Shown here one piece after another: positions 17,759 through 28,014 of a DNA stretch of 59,170 nucleotides. Numbering within the stretch: position 1 is the first letter of the stretch; each line of letters opens with the position of its first letter. Below the pieces are notes generated by a model that was given only the letters and a program-made list of their open reading frames with translations, ran no database searches and was not told the origin of the DNA. Source of the DNA: an uncultured virus (IMG/VR IMGVR_UViG_3300025736_000009) (taxonomy: Duplodnaviria; Heunggongvirae; Uroviricota; Caudoviricetes); the IMG/VR virus record IMGVR_UViG_3300025736_000009; one strand, 5' to 3'. The translations under genes and the position numbers were made by a program.

Positions 17759-20700
17759 ATGACAAAAGAAAGACTAAAAGAATTATTTGGAGCAACGCGA
17801 GTTGGAGATACAAGTGTATTCCTTGCTAAGGTATCAAAAGATAACATTCATGGACGTGTTCATATCTATCCAATGGTTCCAACACAAGACTCTACCCTAA
17901 ATATAAATACTGAAGATTCATTACTTATTGATATTGGATCGGATCCATTAATAACTATTAACGATTATGATACAGCAGTAATAAGTATACACGATAACGC
18001 ACGTCTAGTTTCTGGCAACTATTCATATACAAATACATATAATGGAGTAAGAATACTTTCTATTAACACAGTAGACAAAGACTCTTTACAGTATTTAATG
18101 TCCTCAAATGATGGATTAAAAGAAAGTCTTACAACATATTCCAATACCTCAAAAAATATTAAAAAGTATGACAACGCAAAAACAAATGCAAGTGAGATTA
18201 TTGCTATAGTAAAAAAAGAACCGCTAAATCCGTCTTCTTTTGGATACCCAAATGCATACAAAAGCCAACAGAAAATAATAGATAGTCTCAAAGAAAAAAT
18301 AGAAGATATGCCAGATAAATACGGACCTTACTCATGGGAAATGGATATGTTGGAGACGCTTAAAGACTCAAAAGAGGGAGCTTCTAAGTTAGAAAAAACA
18401 TTAACTAAAGCAAAACCATATGATCCTACAATTTTTGAAAAAGAACCTGATTGGGTTCCAGTTCCTATACCATATATACCATCAAATCTAGAGTACAGTT
18501 ACCTCAGTGAAACAGGATACTTTAGAATAGGTTATACTGCGTTTCACTTGCCTCCAGAAAAAATACTTCTTAATAGAAACCAACACATAGAGTTAATGCC
18601 TTTACTACGTAGTAGAGGTAGTCTAAAAAGAGGTACAGGAAAAGCCCAAAAAGAATTACAAATACATATACATATTCCAGATATAACGGCAACAAACAAT
18701 GTACTGTTACCTCTTATACGTCAATTTGAGCATACTCCTTTTGTACCAGTTATAAACTCATATCTTAATGATACACTAGATATAGATGCTCTATCACTAG
18801 AGGCATTACAAATAAGTACAGTACCTGGATTTCCAGGAGCATTTGATGTTGTAATACAAGCATCAGAATTTAACTGGTCTGCTTATCTTCCTTTAGAATC
18901 TGATTTTGATTCTACAATATGTTATCCAATTTATAAAATTTGGTGTGAGACATCTACAAAAACACAACCACTTGGACCAGTATTAAATGGAAATATGGCA
19001 TTTAACATACCAAATGAAGATTATCTTATAGCAATGGCATCCAATAGACAACTAATGTCAGAAGATTTAATGGTTACCACGTTAGAAAAAGATACACAAA
19101 TAGTAGCTAACGCAATAGACTGGATAGACAATATAAAGCCAGAACTATATGATACCTTTGGAATATATAAAGGAGATGGGTTACAGAAAAAATGGTCATA
19201 TCAAGCAGAGGATCTATTAAATTGTAATGGTAAATTTACAGGCTCATTGTTATTTATAAAACTAGCGCCAGGAACAGTAAAAGTAGAATCTAATCCATCA
19301 AATAACAAAGCATCCGCCGAATGGAGATCGTCTTCATCTGATAGTACAAACACAGTTAGAGCAAATAGCACAGGAACAGAGAATGCTATAATACTAAAAT
19401 TTACACATCCAGATACTGCCATAAAAGCATTTCAAACAGCAGAAAAAGTATACTATGCTCCTGGTGGATTACGCCTACATACATTACCTAATACAGATAG
19501 CAACGGTAATTATCTTACAGAAATAACCTCAGAAGATATTACAGATGGAGAAGGAAGAGATAAAAGAAGAGATAGCCTTAGAGAAGCTAGAAGTACAGTA
19601 GGAAACGCCACAGCACGGGCAAAAGGGCAGGCAGTTCTTAATGATTTAGATAACTGCTATTTCTTATATACAAAGTCTGGACTAAACGCAAGCTCACCAA
19701 AAGACACACATCCATTAAGAAGATCACTATCAAATGCTGCTGGACGAAGTACTAAACAGAAAAAAGTAATACCAGAAGTACTTGAAAAGAAATGGGAACG
19801 CATAGAGTTAGATAGTCTTATAGTAGAGAACGTTACTATAGGTATGGAAAATATTGTAACAAACGCACAATTACAAGCCTCTCCAAAAAATGCCCCTGTT
19901 CAACAGTTTATGGGAGCTAGTGATACCTACATAACAATAGCCGGAACAATAACAAATGAAGCAGATATTAAATCATTAAAAGAATTAACAGAACGAGTAG
20001 ACTATTTAGTAAAAACATGTAGGGGAGATGACATAGGAGACTCCTATGAAGGATATCTATATATAGCAAATGAGTTATTAGCCCTTGCTGGTGTTACAAC
20101 AGTACTTCCAGTAAATCTTAATATCATAACAGACCAGGGATTTCCAGGAACATTTAAAATAGAGTTTTCTTGTATAGATTTTGATCCAATGTCACAATCA
20201 CGAGAAGATCTTGAAGCGCTAGATGACCCAAACTGGTATATAAAAGATATTAGAAACGTAGAAAAATCTAAACTAGAAACACCTACAGACTCATACAAAG
20301 AGCATATGATTAGAGCAGAACATTTTCATTCAAAGCTAAGATCATTACAGCTATATCCTGATATGAATTTGCCAACATATTCTAAACTACAAAAATGGGT
20401 TACAGACTGTAAGGCCGGATCACTAGTAGAAAGTAGCAAATATAGATGGGCAATATCAGATGAAGATTTCCCTTGGACACCAGAAATATGTAGTGTATTA
20501 GAAACTCCAACAAATATATCTGCCTATGTAGACCCAGACTTTTATGTACGTCCTTCTTGTCCACCAGGAATAGTCAATCCTTTAGTAGACCCAGTACTAG
20601 ATAGTTTATTAGGAATAGTACAAGATCCATCAGTAAATTCAAAAGTAGCAACCTGTGGTGTAAGAAGTAACTACAATGATAAAGCAACAATACCATTTAA

Positions 20701-23700
20701 TGGCAAAATAGATGTAAGCAACGATCCAGCTACATTAGCAACATTCAAAGCATATGCTGGTATCATGAACAGCATGAACCAAGACACAACATCAAGCGCA
20801 GGCCCATCTATACTAACTAGCGATTCAGAGTTATATAAAGCGCGCACAAAACTATTAAACAAAGTAAAAACTGTAAAGCCAGGTATTGCTAACTCTAACA
20901 GCCAATCGTCACCAATACCAGGACTAACTCCAACCTATGATCCATTAGCAGAATATTCAAATTCAACAGGACTTAGAATATTACAACTTATACAAAAGTA
21001 TTCTAAAGAAGAAACTGGAATAACAAGTGTACCTGAAATAATTGCTATAAATATGTTTACACTAGAGGGTTATAGTAGCTACACAAAAGACCATGATTCA
21101 ATAGGGTTAGGACAGCTAAGAAAAAGTACAGCCATACAAGAACTATATAATAAAAAACTCATAACTAAAGAAGAGTATACCAAATGTAATGGCTCCTCTA
21201 CAGATATAAGAGCAATAGATCATGAATTCGCAATACGAGCTAGTATGCTTTATTTAGAACACTGTTATAATCAAATACCTAATATAGGAAAACTACAAAT
21301 CGCTAAAAATGATTATAGCAAATGGCTAATAGCTCTATCAGCCTACAACGCAGGGCCAGGAAAGATAAGAAAACTAGTTAATGACGGTAACACAAAGCCA
21401 GTAACAATAAGTAAACTAGCAGGTGTATCTCAACAATATAAAAATACAATAGCGGGTATGGCAGCATACGATCCATCTAAAGAACCAGTAAAGAAAACAA
21501 CAACAGTAGAATCTAAAGATAATAGCAAACTAACCTGGCTTCAAAGATGGATAGGTAACGCAAAAGAAAGTAGAGAAGAATATCGTAGTTGGGAAGAGGG
21601 AGTAAGAGCTGAAGTAGAGAAAACACCATTACGTGAAAGATTACAAAACCTTAATAAAGAATTAGTAACTGAACTTTATGTGGATAAATCAACACCTCAG
21701 AATATTAGAACATTCATGGACTCTTTTATACGAGAAGATAAACAAGACATGTTCTATGATATGAGAAACTATACTCCGGCTAATAGATTACTAACTGCCT
21801 TTCCAACATATTGTGTATTGTTAGTAGATGGAGGACGTTGGCTTCGATTCCATAGATTATATGATCACTGGTATGGAATGACAGCAATACAATCAATAGA
21901 AATACACAAAACAAGAAAAGGCCCAGTAGATACAGCACTAATAACATTCTCAAATATGTTCCATCATTTAACAAAGCTAAGTACAGAAGATCCTGTAATA
22001 CCAACTGTAAAATGGGGAATACAAAGTATAACACAAGGCACAGTGGACTCATTACTACATAATACAGGAGATGACGTATTTTTAGAATGGTCTAAACACG
22101 TAAATTCAATGTTACTAAAGGCTGGAACACGGGTTCATATTCGTATGGGTTCGGGAGGAAATGCGAACAAGCTTCCTGTTGTATTTAATGGGGTAATATC
22201 AGAAGTACCTCCAGGAGATGAAGCTGTTACAGTCGTAGCGCTATCAGATGGTATAGAGTTAGATAAACAACTAATACAAAAAGACCCAAACCTAGTAAAA
22301 GAAGAAGGAGGTATAGAATACAAATCATATACTTGGCTTGGCCAAGGAGTACAACCTCGTGAATTAATTATGAAAGTAATGACTCCAACCAGACCTTATG
22401 ATTGGTTAAAAGAAAGCTTTAAATTTAAACAAGATAATCCATATGGTATAGCACACTTTGGGTCACCAACACGTTCTACATTATTTAAGTCAGAAGCAGA
22501 GGTTGGAATGAATACATATAGAGCAGACAAAAAAGGATTACTGGAAGATAGGATGTACGCAGAATCATCTGCTGGTGAATCTTATTATAACATACTTGGA
22601 TTGCTTGACGGTATTGATGGAAGTGATACAAAAATAGGATTATCTATAACAGACGCAACTCCATGGAAAGTTATAAAAACATGTACAGACATAGCTCCAG
22701 AATACATATGTGCCGTATATCCATTTGAACTAAGAAGTACATTATTTTATGGAAAACCGCACTGGGTTCTACACTATGAATACACAGCAGAATATCTAGC
22801 AAAAGCAAAACGAGAAGAAGTACAATATGGAAAAGGAGAAGTGGCTTATCCTGAAAACTGGAAACCTGATGATGTAACTTTACAAAAACCATTTAGACAA
22901 GTACGTGTAATTTCATCTATCTGTAATCTAATAGATAACAAAATAAAAAGTTCAGATAAAATACATACCATCTGCCAAGCAATGTCAAAATTCAATGGTA
23001 CAATAGCTAAAGATAACTCACCGAGTTGGTCTAATATGATGTACTTAGACACAGATATCTATCCAGAACATCAGAAAATATTATACACATCATCAGGACT
23101 ATATGCTACAACAGCACAAAACGCTCAAGATATACTTCCACTTAACTTCCATTTACTAACTGGGTACTATACAAGAAAATCTACTAACAACGCAGCAGTA
23201 AGCATACTAATGGATTCTGTAAAAGATATGTATCAAGGGCATTTAGTTATATTAGGAGATCCAAGTATAAAGCCCTATGATAGAGCATATTTAGCAGATG
23301 ATCAAATAGATATGTATGGCCTCATAGACGTAAAAGAAGTAACACAACACTTCAGTTATGAATCTGGATTTATTACAACAGTATCCCCTGATTTAGTACT
23401 ATCAGCAATTGATCAAGCAGATCAAACATCATGGGCATGGATACAAATGATGGGATCAAGATATGTAAGTGCTATAGCAATGCAACAAGTTGCTTCTATA
23501 CTAATAAAAACAGGAACACTAAGATTTGTAGGTAATATACTTCTTTCAGCAATACTAAAATTAGGAAGACAATCCTCAAATCCAGTAGCAATATCAGCAA
23601 GAAACATATTATTAGATACATTACTATCTCCAATAAAAACTTTAAAAGAGTGGAAAGGAATTGGCTATGAAGAAATGATAAAACGAATGACTGCTGGAGA

Positions 23701-24862
23701 CTCAGAAATAATAAAAGCAGTAGATAAAGGCTTAGAAAAATATGGACCACGACGAATAAAAGATCTTGCAACAAATAAACACATAATAAAAGCAAAAGCC
23801 TATCTGGGAACATCGTGGACAAAATTTAAAACATGGCATGACTCTGTAGGATTTATAGAAACATGTAAAAGCGTAGGAAAAGAAGCAAAAGCGTCAGGAA
23901 TAAAAGCAGCTTTCACAAAAATTAAAGCAAATCCAAAAGCATTTGCAACAGCAGGAAAACGAATAAAGCTACCAACAGCATCCGCAAGTATAGTAAAAGC
24001 AATAAAAAATGGAGTATGGATTATACTGGCAGGTGGAATTGTTGAATGGCTTAATAGAGGGCACGCAGCAAGACAAGCATTAATTCTAAGACCACTTCTT
24101 ATAAATGGAAAGCCATTTACAGCTGGTATAAATGGACACGCGGGTTCAGTACTGGGAGATGAGATTGGAGTATGGGACGGTATTCTTTCAGCACTTACAA
24201 ATTGGGATTACCAAGCTAAACACAATCTAGGATTCATGGGCAAAGCAGGCAACGACTATGCAGCATTCATTGGAGGTAGTGGAGGATCCTTTTCAGATTA
24301 TATTTATGGACTTGGGGCACTAATCAATAACGTAATAGGAGTAAAACCACTACATTACGATACGTCACAAGCACTTGAAACAACAGACCTCGGCCCAATA
24401 CAAACTCCAGCATCATTCTTAGGATCAGAAAGAGTAGGAACAATAGTAGACTCTCCAGCATCATTTGGAAATCCTTTACCACAAGAGCCTTATACAGGAG
24501 GAGAACGATGGTGTGGTAGATATGTTACAGATCTAATGCACTTATACGGATGGAAAGGCCCATACGATAATAAACCACTTGGACAAAATACATCTCATGT
24601 AAGTACACCATGGAATGATTCTACATACGGAACTAAAGTTAACAAACCATCTTCAGTAAAAGGCTTCGATAGAGCACTAGAATCAGGAATGATTATTTGT
24701 CTTAACAAAGGCCAATCAGATCAACACTTTGCTATGATTTATAAAAATCAACAAGGACAATGGAAATTAAATGAATTATCTGAAGGACGTGTAAGTACAA
24801 GCAGAAATCTTAGCAGCGTATTCAATAGGGTTTCTTGGATAGCATCTCCAAAATATAATTAA
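17759..24862 (+). CDS. 2367-aa baseplate hub/tail lysin-like protein with a lytic transglycosylase (SLT) domain and a C-terminal CHAP-like domain
   Basis: TLEG..GLGQL..ALSAYNAGPG (about 20980-21400); WCGRYV..QHFAMI (24509-24740); hub-like VFNGVISEV and GDPSIKPYD..VKEVTQHFSYESGFITT; lies directly before the spike and gp25 genes. Confidence 0.75.
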   Translation: MTKERLKELFGATRVGDTSVFLAKVSKDNIHGRVHIYPMVPTQDSTLNINTEDSLLIDIGSDPLITINDYDTAVISIHDNARLVSGNYSYTNTYNGVRILSINTVDKDSLQYLMSSNDGLKESLTTYSNTSKNIKKYDNAKTNASEIIAIVKKEPLNPSSFGYPNAYKSQQKIIDSLKEKIEDMPDKYGPYSWEMDMLETLKDSKEGASKLEKTLTKAKPYDPTIFEKEPDWVPVPIPYIPSNLEYSYLSETGYFRIGYTAFHLPPEKILLNRNQHIELMPLLRSRGSLKRGTGKAQKELQIHIHIPDITATNNVLLPLIRQFEHTPFVPVINSYLNDTLDIDALSLEALQISTVPGFPGAFDVVIQASEFNWSAYLPLESDFDSTICYPIYKIWCETSTKTQPLGPVLNGNMAFNIPNEDYLIAMASNRQLMSEDLMVTTLEKDTQIVANAIDWIDNIKPELYDTFGIYKGDGLQKKWSYQAEDLLNCNGKFTGSLLFIKLAPGTVKVESNPSNNKASAEWRSSSSDSTNTVRANSTGTENAIILKFTHPDTAIKAFQTAEKVYYAPGGLRLHTLPNTDSNGNYLTEITSEDITDGEGRDKRRDSLREARSTVGNATARAKGQAVLNDLDNCYFLYTKSGLNASSPKDTHPLRRSLSNAAGRSTKQKKVIPEVLEKKWERIELDSLIVENVTIGMENIVTNAQLQASPKNAPVQQFMGASDTYITIAGTITNEADIKSLKELTERVDYLVKTCRGDDIGDSYEGYLYIANELLALAGVTTVLPVNLNIITDQGFPGTFKIEFSCIDFDPMSQSREDLEALDDPNWYIKDIRNVEKSKLETPTDSYKEHMIRAEHFHSKLRSLQLYPDMNLPTYSKLQKWVTDCKAGSLVESSKYRWAISDEDFPWTPEICSVLETPTNISAYVDPDFYVRPSCPPGIVNPLVDPVLDSLLGIVQDPSVNSKVATCGVRSNYNDKATIPFNGKIDVSNDPATLATFKAYAGIMNSMNQDTTSSAGPSILTSDSELYKARTKLLNKVKTVKPGIANSNSQSSPIPGLTPTYDPLAEYSNSTGLRILQLIQKYSKEETGITSVPEIIAINMFTLEGYSSYTKDHDSIGLGQLRKSTAIQELYNKKLITKEEYTKCNGSSTDIRAIDHEFAIRASMLYLEHCYNQIPNIGKLQIAKNDYSKWLIALSAYNAGPGKIRKLVNDGNTKPVTISKLAGVSQQYKNTIAGMAAYDPSKEPVKKTTTVESKDNSKLTWLQRWIGNAKESREEYRSWEEGVRAEVEKTPLRERLQNLNKELVTELYVDKSTPQNIRTFMDSFIREDKQDMFYDMRNYTPANRLLTAFPTYCVLLVDGGRWLRFHRLYDHWYGMTAIQSIEIHKTRKGPVDTALITFSNMFHHLTKLSTEDPVIPTVKWGIQSITQGTVDSLLHNTGDDVFLEWSKHVNSMLLKAGTRVHIRMGSGGNANKLPVVFNGVISEVPPGDEAVTVVALSDGIELDKQLIQKDPNLVKEEGGIEYKSYTWLGQGVQPRELIMKVMTPTRPYDWLKESFKFKQDNPYGIAHFGSPTRSTLFKSEAEVGMNTYRADKKGLLEDRMYAESSAGESYYNILGLLDGIDGSDTKIGLSITDATPWKVIKTCTDIAPEYICAVYPFELRSTLFYGKPHWVLHYEYTAEYLAKAKREEVQYGKGEVAYPENWKPDDVTLQKPFRQVRVISSICNLIDNKIKSSDKIHTICQAMSKFNGTIAKDNSPSWSNMMYLDTDIYPEHQKILYTSSGLYATTAQNAQDILPLNFHLLTGYYTRKSTNNAAVSILMDSVKDMYQGHLVILGDPSIKPYDRAYLADDQIDMYGLIDVKEVTQHFSYESGFITTVSPDLVLSAIDQADQTSWAWIQMMGSRYVSAIAMQQVASILIKTGTLRFVGNILLSAILKLGRQSSNPVAISARNILLDTLLSPIKTLKEWKGIGYEEMIKRMTAGDSEIIKAVDKGLEKYGPRRIKDLATNKHIIKAKAYLGTSWTKFKTWHDSVGFIETCKSVGKEAKASGIKAAFTKIKANPKAFATAGKRIKLPTASASIVKAIKNGVWIILAGGIVEWLNRGHAARQALILRPLLINGKPFTAGINGHAGSVLGDEIGVWDGILSALTNWDYQAKHNLGFMGKAGNDYAAFIGGSGGSFSDYIYGLGALINNVIGVKPLHYDTSQALETTDLGPIQTPASFLGSERVGTIVDSPASFGNPLPQEPYTGGERWCGRYVTDLMHLYGWKGPYDNKPLGQNTSHVSTPWNDSTYGTKVNKPSSVKGFDRALESGMIICLNKGQSDQHFAMIYKNQQGQWKLNELSEGRVSTSRNLSSVFNRVSWIASPKYN

Positions 24863-24890
24863 AATATTTTATAAATTATGCAAAATTTAC

Positions 24891-24919
24891 TTCACTTTTT
24901 TAACAAAATGTGGTATAAT
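24891..24919 (+). promoter_or_regulatory. Sigma70/sigmaA-type promoter
   Basis: TTCACT-N17-TATAAT with TGTGG extended -10. Confidence 0.7.
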
Positions 24920-24947
24920 ATAGTATAGTAAGGTACACACATAGCAT

Positions 24948-25322
24948 ATGCCAAAGTTTAAAGAAACACTCCAACAACTTATAAAAGAAAATATATCAAC
25001 AGTACATATGCCTATATACGGTGTAGTTAAATCGTTTGATAGTAAAACAGCAGTAGCCCATGTTAGACTTCTACAGGATAAGGGTAGTGGAGAAGAAACA
25101 ATACAATTACATTGGCCACAATCATCTAAAGGATACAGAGTACAAGACCCAGAACCAGATACAAACGTAATAATATGTTTTGTAAATGGAGATAGATCAC
25201 AGCCAATGTTACTAATGAGTTTTGATCCATATTATGAATCTGTAACAAGAGAAGAAAATAGTACTCCAGATAGAGTAACACGCATAGATAAAGATAGTTT
25301 AACACAAAAAGGTTTATTTTAA
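24948..25322 (+). CDS. Baseplate spike N-terminal OB-fold (gpV/gp5-like)
   Basis: YGVVKSFDSKTAVAHV..PEPDTNVIICFVNGDRSQPMLL matches the spike OB-fold pattern; genomic position. Confidence 0.7.
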   Translation: MPKFKETLQQLIKENISTVHMPIYGVVKSFDSKTAVAHVRLLQDKGSGEETIQLHWPQSSKGYRVQDPEPDTNVIICFVNGDRSQPMLLMSFDPYYESVTREENSTPDRVTRIDKDSLTQKGLF

Positions 25323-25864
25323 TGGATACCGCCTTACAACAAAAAGTAATAGCAAATAAAATAAAAGAACTAACTGAAGATAAAACTCCAGAACAATTAG
25401 CAAAAAACCAAGAGTATCAAAGTCCCACAGAAGTTGGAATGAAAAACGCCCTTACCGGAGATGGTATATGGGTAAGGGACGATAATTGTATAGAGATAAG
25501 AGCAGGAAGCAGTTACATACTAATAGATGGAGAATCTGGGCAAATAACTATAAATGGAGAAACAATAGCAACTAACGTATCTTCGTTACATTTAAACACA
25601 AATCCAGGAGAAGTAAATATTGGAGGCAAAGCATTAAACCCAATATGGAATTCAGGAATAACTTCTCTTCTAAATAGAAGTGCTCTAACACCTACACCGG
25701 CAGCAATTCCATTAAGTATAGTAACTAAACCTCTTGGTGGTGGGCCAGATATCCCAATGCCGTTTTTATCTTTATTTACTCCTACCCCATTATTTATAAA
25801 CTCCTTACAAAGTATTAACACAGCATCCATCGTACAAAAAATATTAGAGGAACACATTAAGTAA
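25322..25864 (+). CDS. Probable spike beta-helix/tip-related protein
   Basis: Short alternating beta-strand repeats (GIWVRDDNCIEIRAGSSYILIDGESGQITING); overlaps the stop of the preceding gene. Confidence 0.5.
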   Translation: MDTALQQKVIANKIKELTEDKTPEQLAKNQEYQSPTEVGMKNALTGDGIWVRDDNCIEIRAGSSYILIDGESGQITINGETIATNVSSLHLNTNPGEVNIGGKALNPIWNSGITSLLNRSALTPTPAAIPLSIVTKPLGGGPDIPMPFLSLFTPTPLFINSLQSINTASIVQKILEEHIK

Positions 25865-26266
25865 ATGCCAAGAAAAGATGTACATTTAAACTCAGATGGG
25901 GATATAGAAATCGGATATGATGGAGATATAAAATACTCTCTTGGTGATGATGTATTAGTAGAAAATGTAATTTTTAGACTAAAGACATATATTGGAGACT
26001 ATACATTAGAACCTTACTGCGGAGCAAGTTTAGAGGACTTTATTGGAGAACCAAATACAAGAGAAATAGGAAACGCATTAGCAGAACAAATAACTAATGC
26101 ATTGACTCATGATAATTTTTTAACTGTAGATGATTTTTCTCTAAGAGTTGTACCAATCAATACTGTAGAAATAATGATAGCAATAGTTCTAAAAGGAGAA
26201 ACAGGAAACTATACAATTACTGCTTCTCTTGATTTACGAACTGGATATATTAATGTAACCACATAA
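25865..26266 (+). CDS. Baseplate wedge protein, gp25/gpW-like
   Basis: VENVIFRLKTYIGDYTLEPYCGASLEDFIGEPN. Confidence 0.85.
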   Translation: MPRKDVHLNSDGDIEIGYDGDIKYSLGDDVLVENVIFRLKTYIGDYTLEPYCGASLEDFIGEPNTREIGNALAEQITNALTHDNFLTVDDFSLRVVPINTVEIMIAIVLKGETGNYTITASLDLRTGYINVTT

Positions 26267-26285
26267 TCTGGGAGGATTAGAGCAA

Positions 26286-27446
26286 TTGAGAAAGAACTTT
26301 TCGGGACTAAAAGTAGTAGGATTTAGAGCTGATGAAACAGCATGTGGTTTATTACGAATTCAATATCCACTTGATTATTTAGCAAAACTTGGAGCAACAA
26401 CACAGGTAGTAACAAAAGTAAATTTTGCTGAACTACAATGGGCAGATTATATAATAGCACAGCGGCAATATAACGAAAATGTAGTAGACTCTTTAAAACA
26501 TTTAAAAGATACCGGTATAACAATAATATATGAAGTTGATGACGCACTAAACGCAGTACACATAGACTCACCAGCATATAGAGTATATCATCAAGGAACA
26601 AAAGAACTAAAAAAAGCACATGAAATGATAGCAGAATCTCATGGGCTAACAGTATCTACACCAGAGCTGGCTGCTGAATATCTACATCTTAATAGAAATA
26701 CATTCGTAGTACCAAACGCAATAGATTTTGATATAAGAGATTGGACTACGAGAGTAACAAATAGAGATCCAGACCTTACAGTAGGATGGTCTGGGGGAAC
26801 GACACACCAGCGAGATATGCCTATTCTTGGAGAAATTGTTAAAGGAATTCTAACAAAATACAAGCATATAAAGTTTGGAATTTGTACTAACAAGATGTTG
26901 GCAGAGCAAGCAATAGAATCTTGGAATGTTCCTTCAGAAATAGTAGACCGTATAATACTTATAAAAGATGCTCCAATAGATGTATACCCACAAGTATTAA
27001 GCCACTTCGATATAGGTGTAGCGCCAATAGCAAACACTACATTTAATAGAGCAAAAAGTCCACTTAAATTAATGGAGATGGGTAGCTGGGGTATACCTTA
27101 TGTAGCAAGTAAAGTTGCTCCTTATCAGCGCTATATAGACCAAGGAGTAGATGGATACACAGCAAACACAACACCAGAATGGATAGAGAAACTATCTATA
27201 CTTATTGAAGACGAAACAAAGCGTAGAGAAATGGGAGAAGCAGCACAAACCAAAGTAAGAGAACACCACGACTACGCAAAGAATATAGGTAAGTGGGCAG
27301 ATACTTGGGAAGCAATACGATATAATGCTTCAATAGGAGATGTAGGCCCAGGCCCAGTAGTAAATACCGAAATTGGTCGTAACTCTCCTTGTCCTTGTGG
27401 CAGTGGTAAAAAGTACAAACAGTGTTGTTACCCCGCCTGGAGCTAA
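26286..27446 (+). CDS. GT-B glycosyltransferase (GT4-like) with a C-terminal SEC-C motif
   Basis: IIYEVDD, TVSTPEL, VGWSGG, FDIGVAP, FNRAKSPLKLMEMG..GIPYVAS; ends IGRNSPCPCGSGKKYKQCC. Confidence 0.9.
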   Translation: MRKNFSGLKVVGFRADETACGLLRIQYPLDYLAKLGATTQVVTKVNFAELQWADYIIAQRQYNENVVDSLKHLKDTGITIIYEVDDALNAVHIDSPAYRVYHQGTKELKKAHEMIAESHGLTVSTPELAAEYLHLNRNTFVVPNAIDFDIRDWTTRVTNRDPDLTVGWSGGTTHQRDMPILGEIVKGILTKYKHIKFGICTNKMLAEQAIESWNVPSEIVDRIILIKDAPIDVYPQVLSHFDIGVAPIANTTFNRAKSPLKLMEMGSWGIPYVASKVAPYQRYIDQGVDGYTANTTPEWIEKLSILIEDETKRREMGEAAQTKVREHHDYAKNIGKWADTWEAIRYNASIGDVGPGPVVNTEIGRNSPCPCGSGKKYKQCCYPAWS

Positions 27447-27663
27447 TATTATTATGACAACAAATACACATACAAAAATTACAGATTCCATAGTAAAAAA
27501 AATACAAGCAAAGATAAAAAAAACGCCTTAACATTCCAGATAACGTAGAATTGACTGACGAATGGAGACGTAAACATCTTAGCAGACATGGATAAAACAA
27601 CATAATAAAGATATAATACAGTTTCACGATGATTACTTAAACAACAAGGAGAAATAATCTTAT

Positions 27664-27993
27664 ATGCTCTCAAAACTATTAAAGCTTTTAGTTGTATTCA
27701 TAATAGTATTAGCTCCTGCTGCTAGATGTAATGAGACAATACTTATAGCAGATACAACAACAACCAAAGAAACAGTAATAGAAAAAATACAACTCATACA
27801 TTCAAATCCAACAGATCTCTTAACAATATTAAGAAGAGTAGATAGTAGAATCTACAATAAAAAAGAATTAAACAAAATAGTATCTATTACAGAAAGTAAT
27901 CAACCAAACATAGAAACCAAAGTTTCCATAGAGAAAACAACTGTTAATTCTCAAGACATAGATACTTATGAAGAAGATGAAATAAACAACTAA
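27664..27993 (+). CDS. Putative exported protein
   Basis: Signal-peptide-like MLSKLLKLLVVFIIVLAPAARC; AAGGAG upstream. Confidence 0.6.
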   Translation: MLSKLLKLLVVFIIVLAPAARCNETILIADTTTTKETVIEKIQLIHSNPTDLLTILRRVDSRIYNKKELNKIVSITESNQPNIETKVSIEKTTVNSQDIDTYEEDEINN

Positions 27994-28014
27994 CTATTAT
28001 TAAAGGAAACACAA

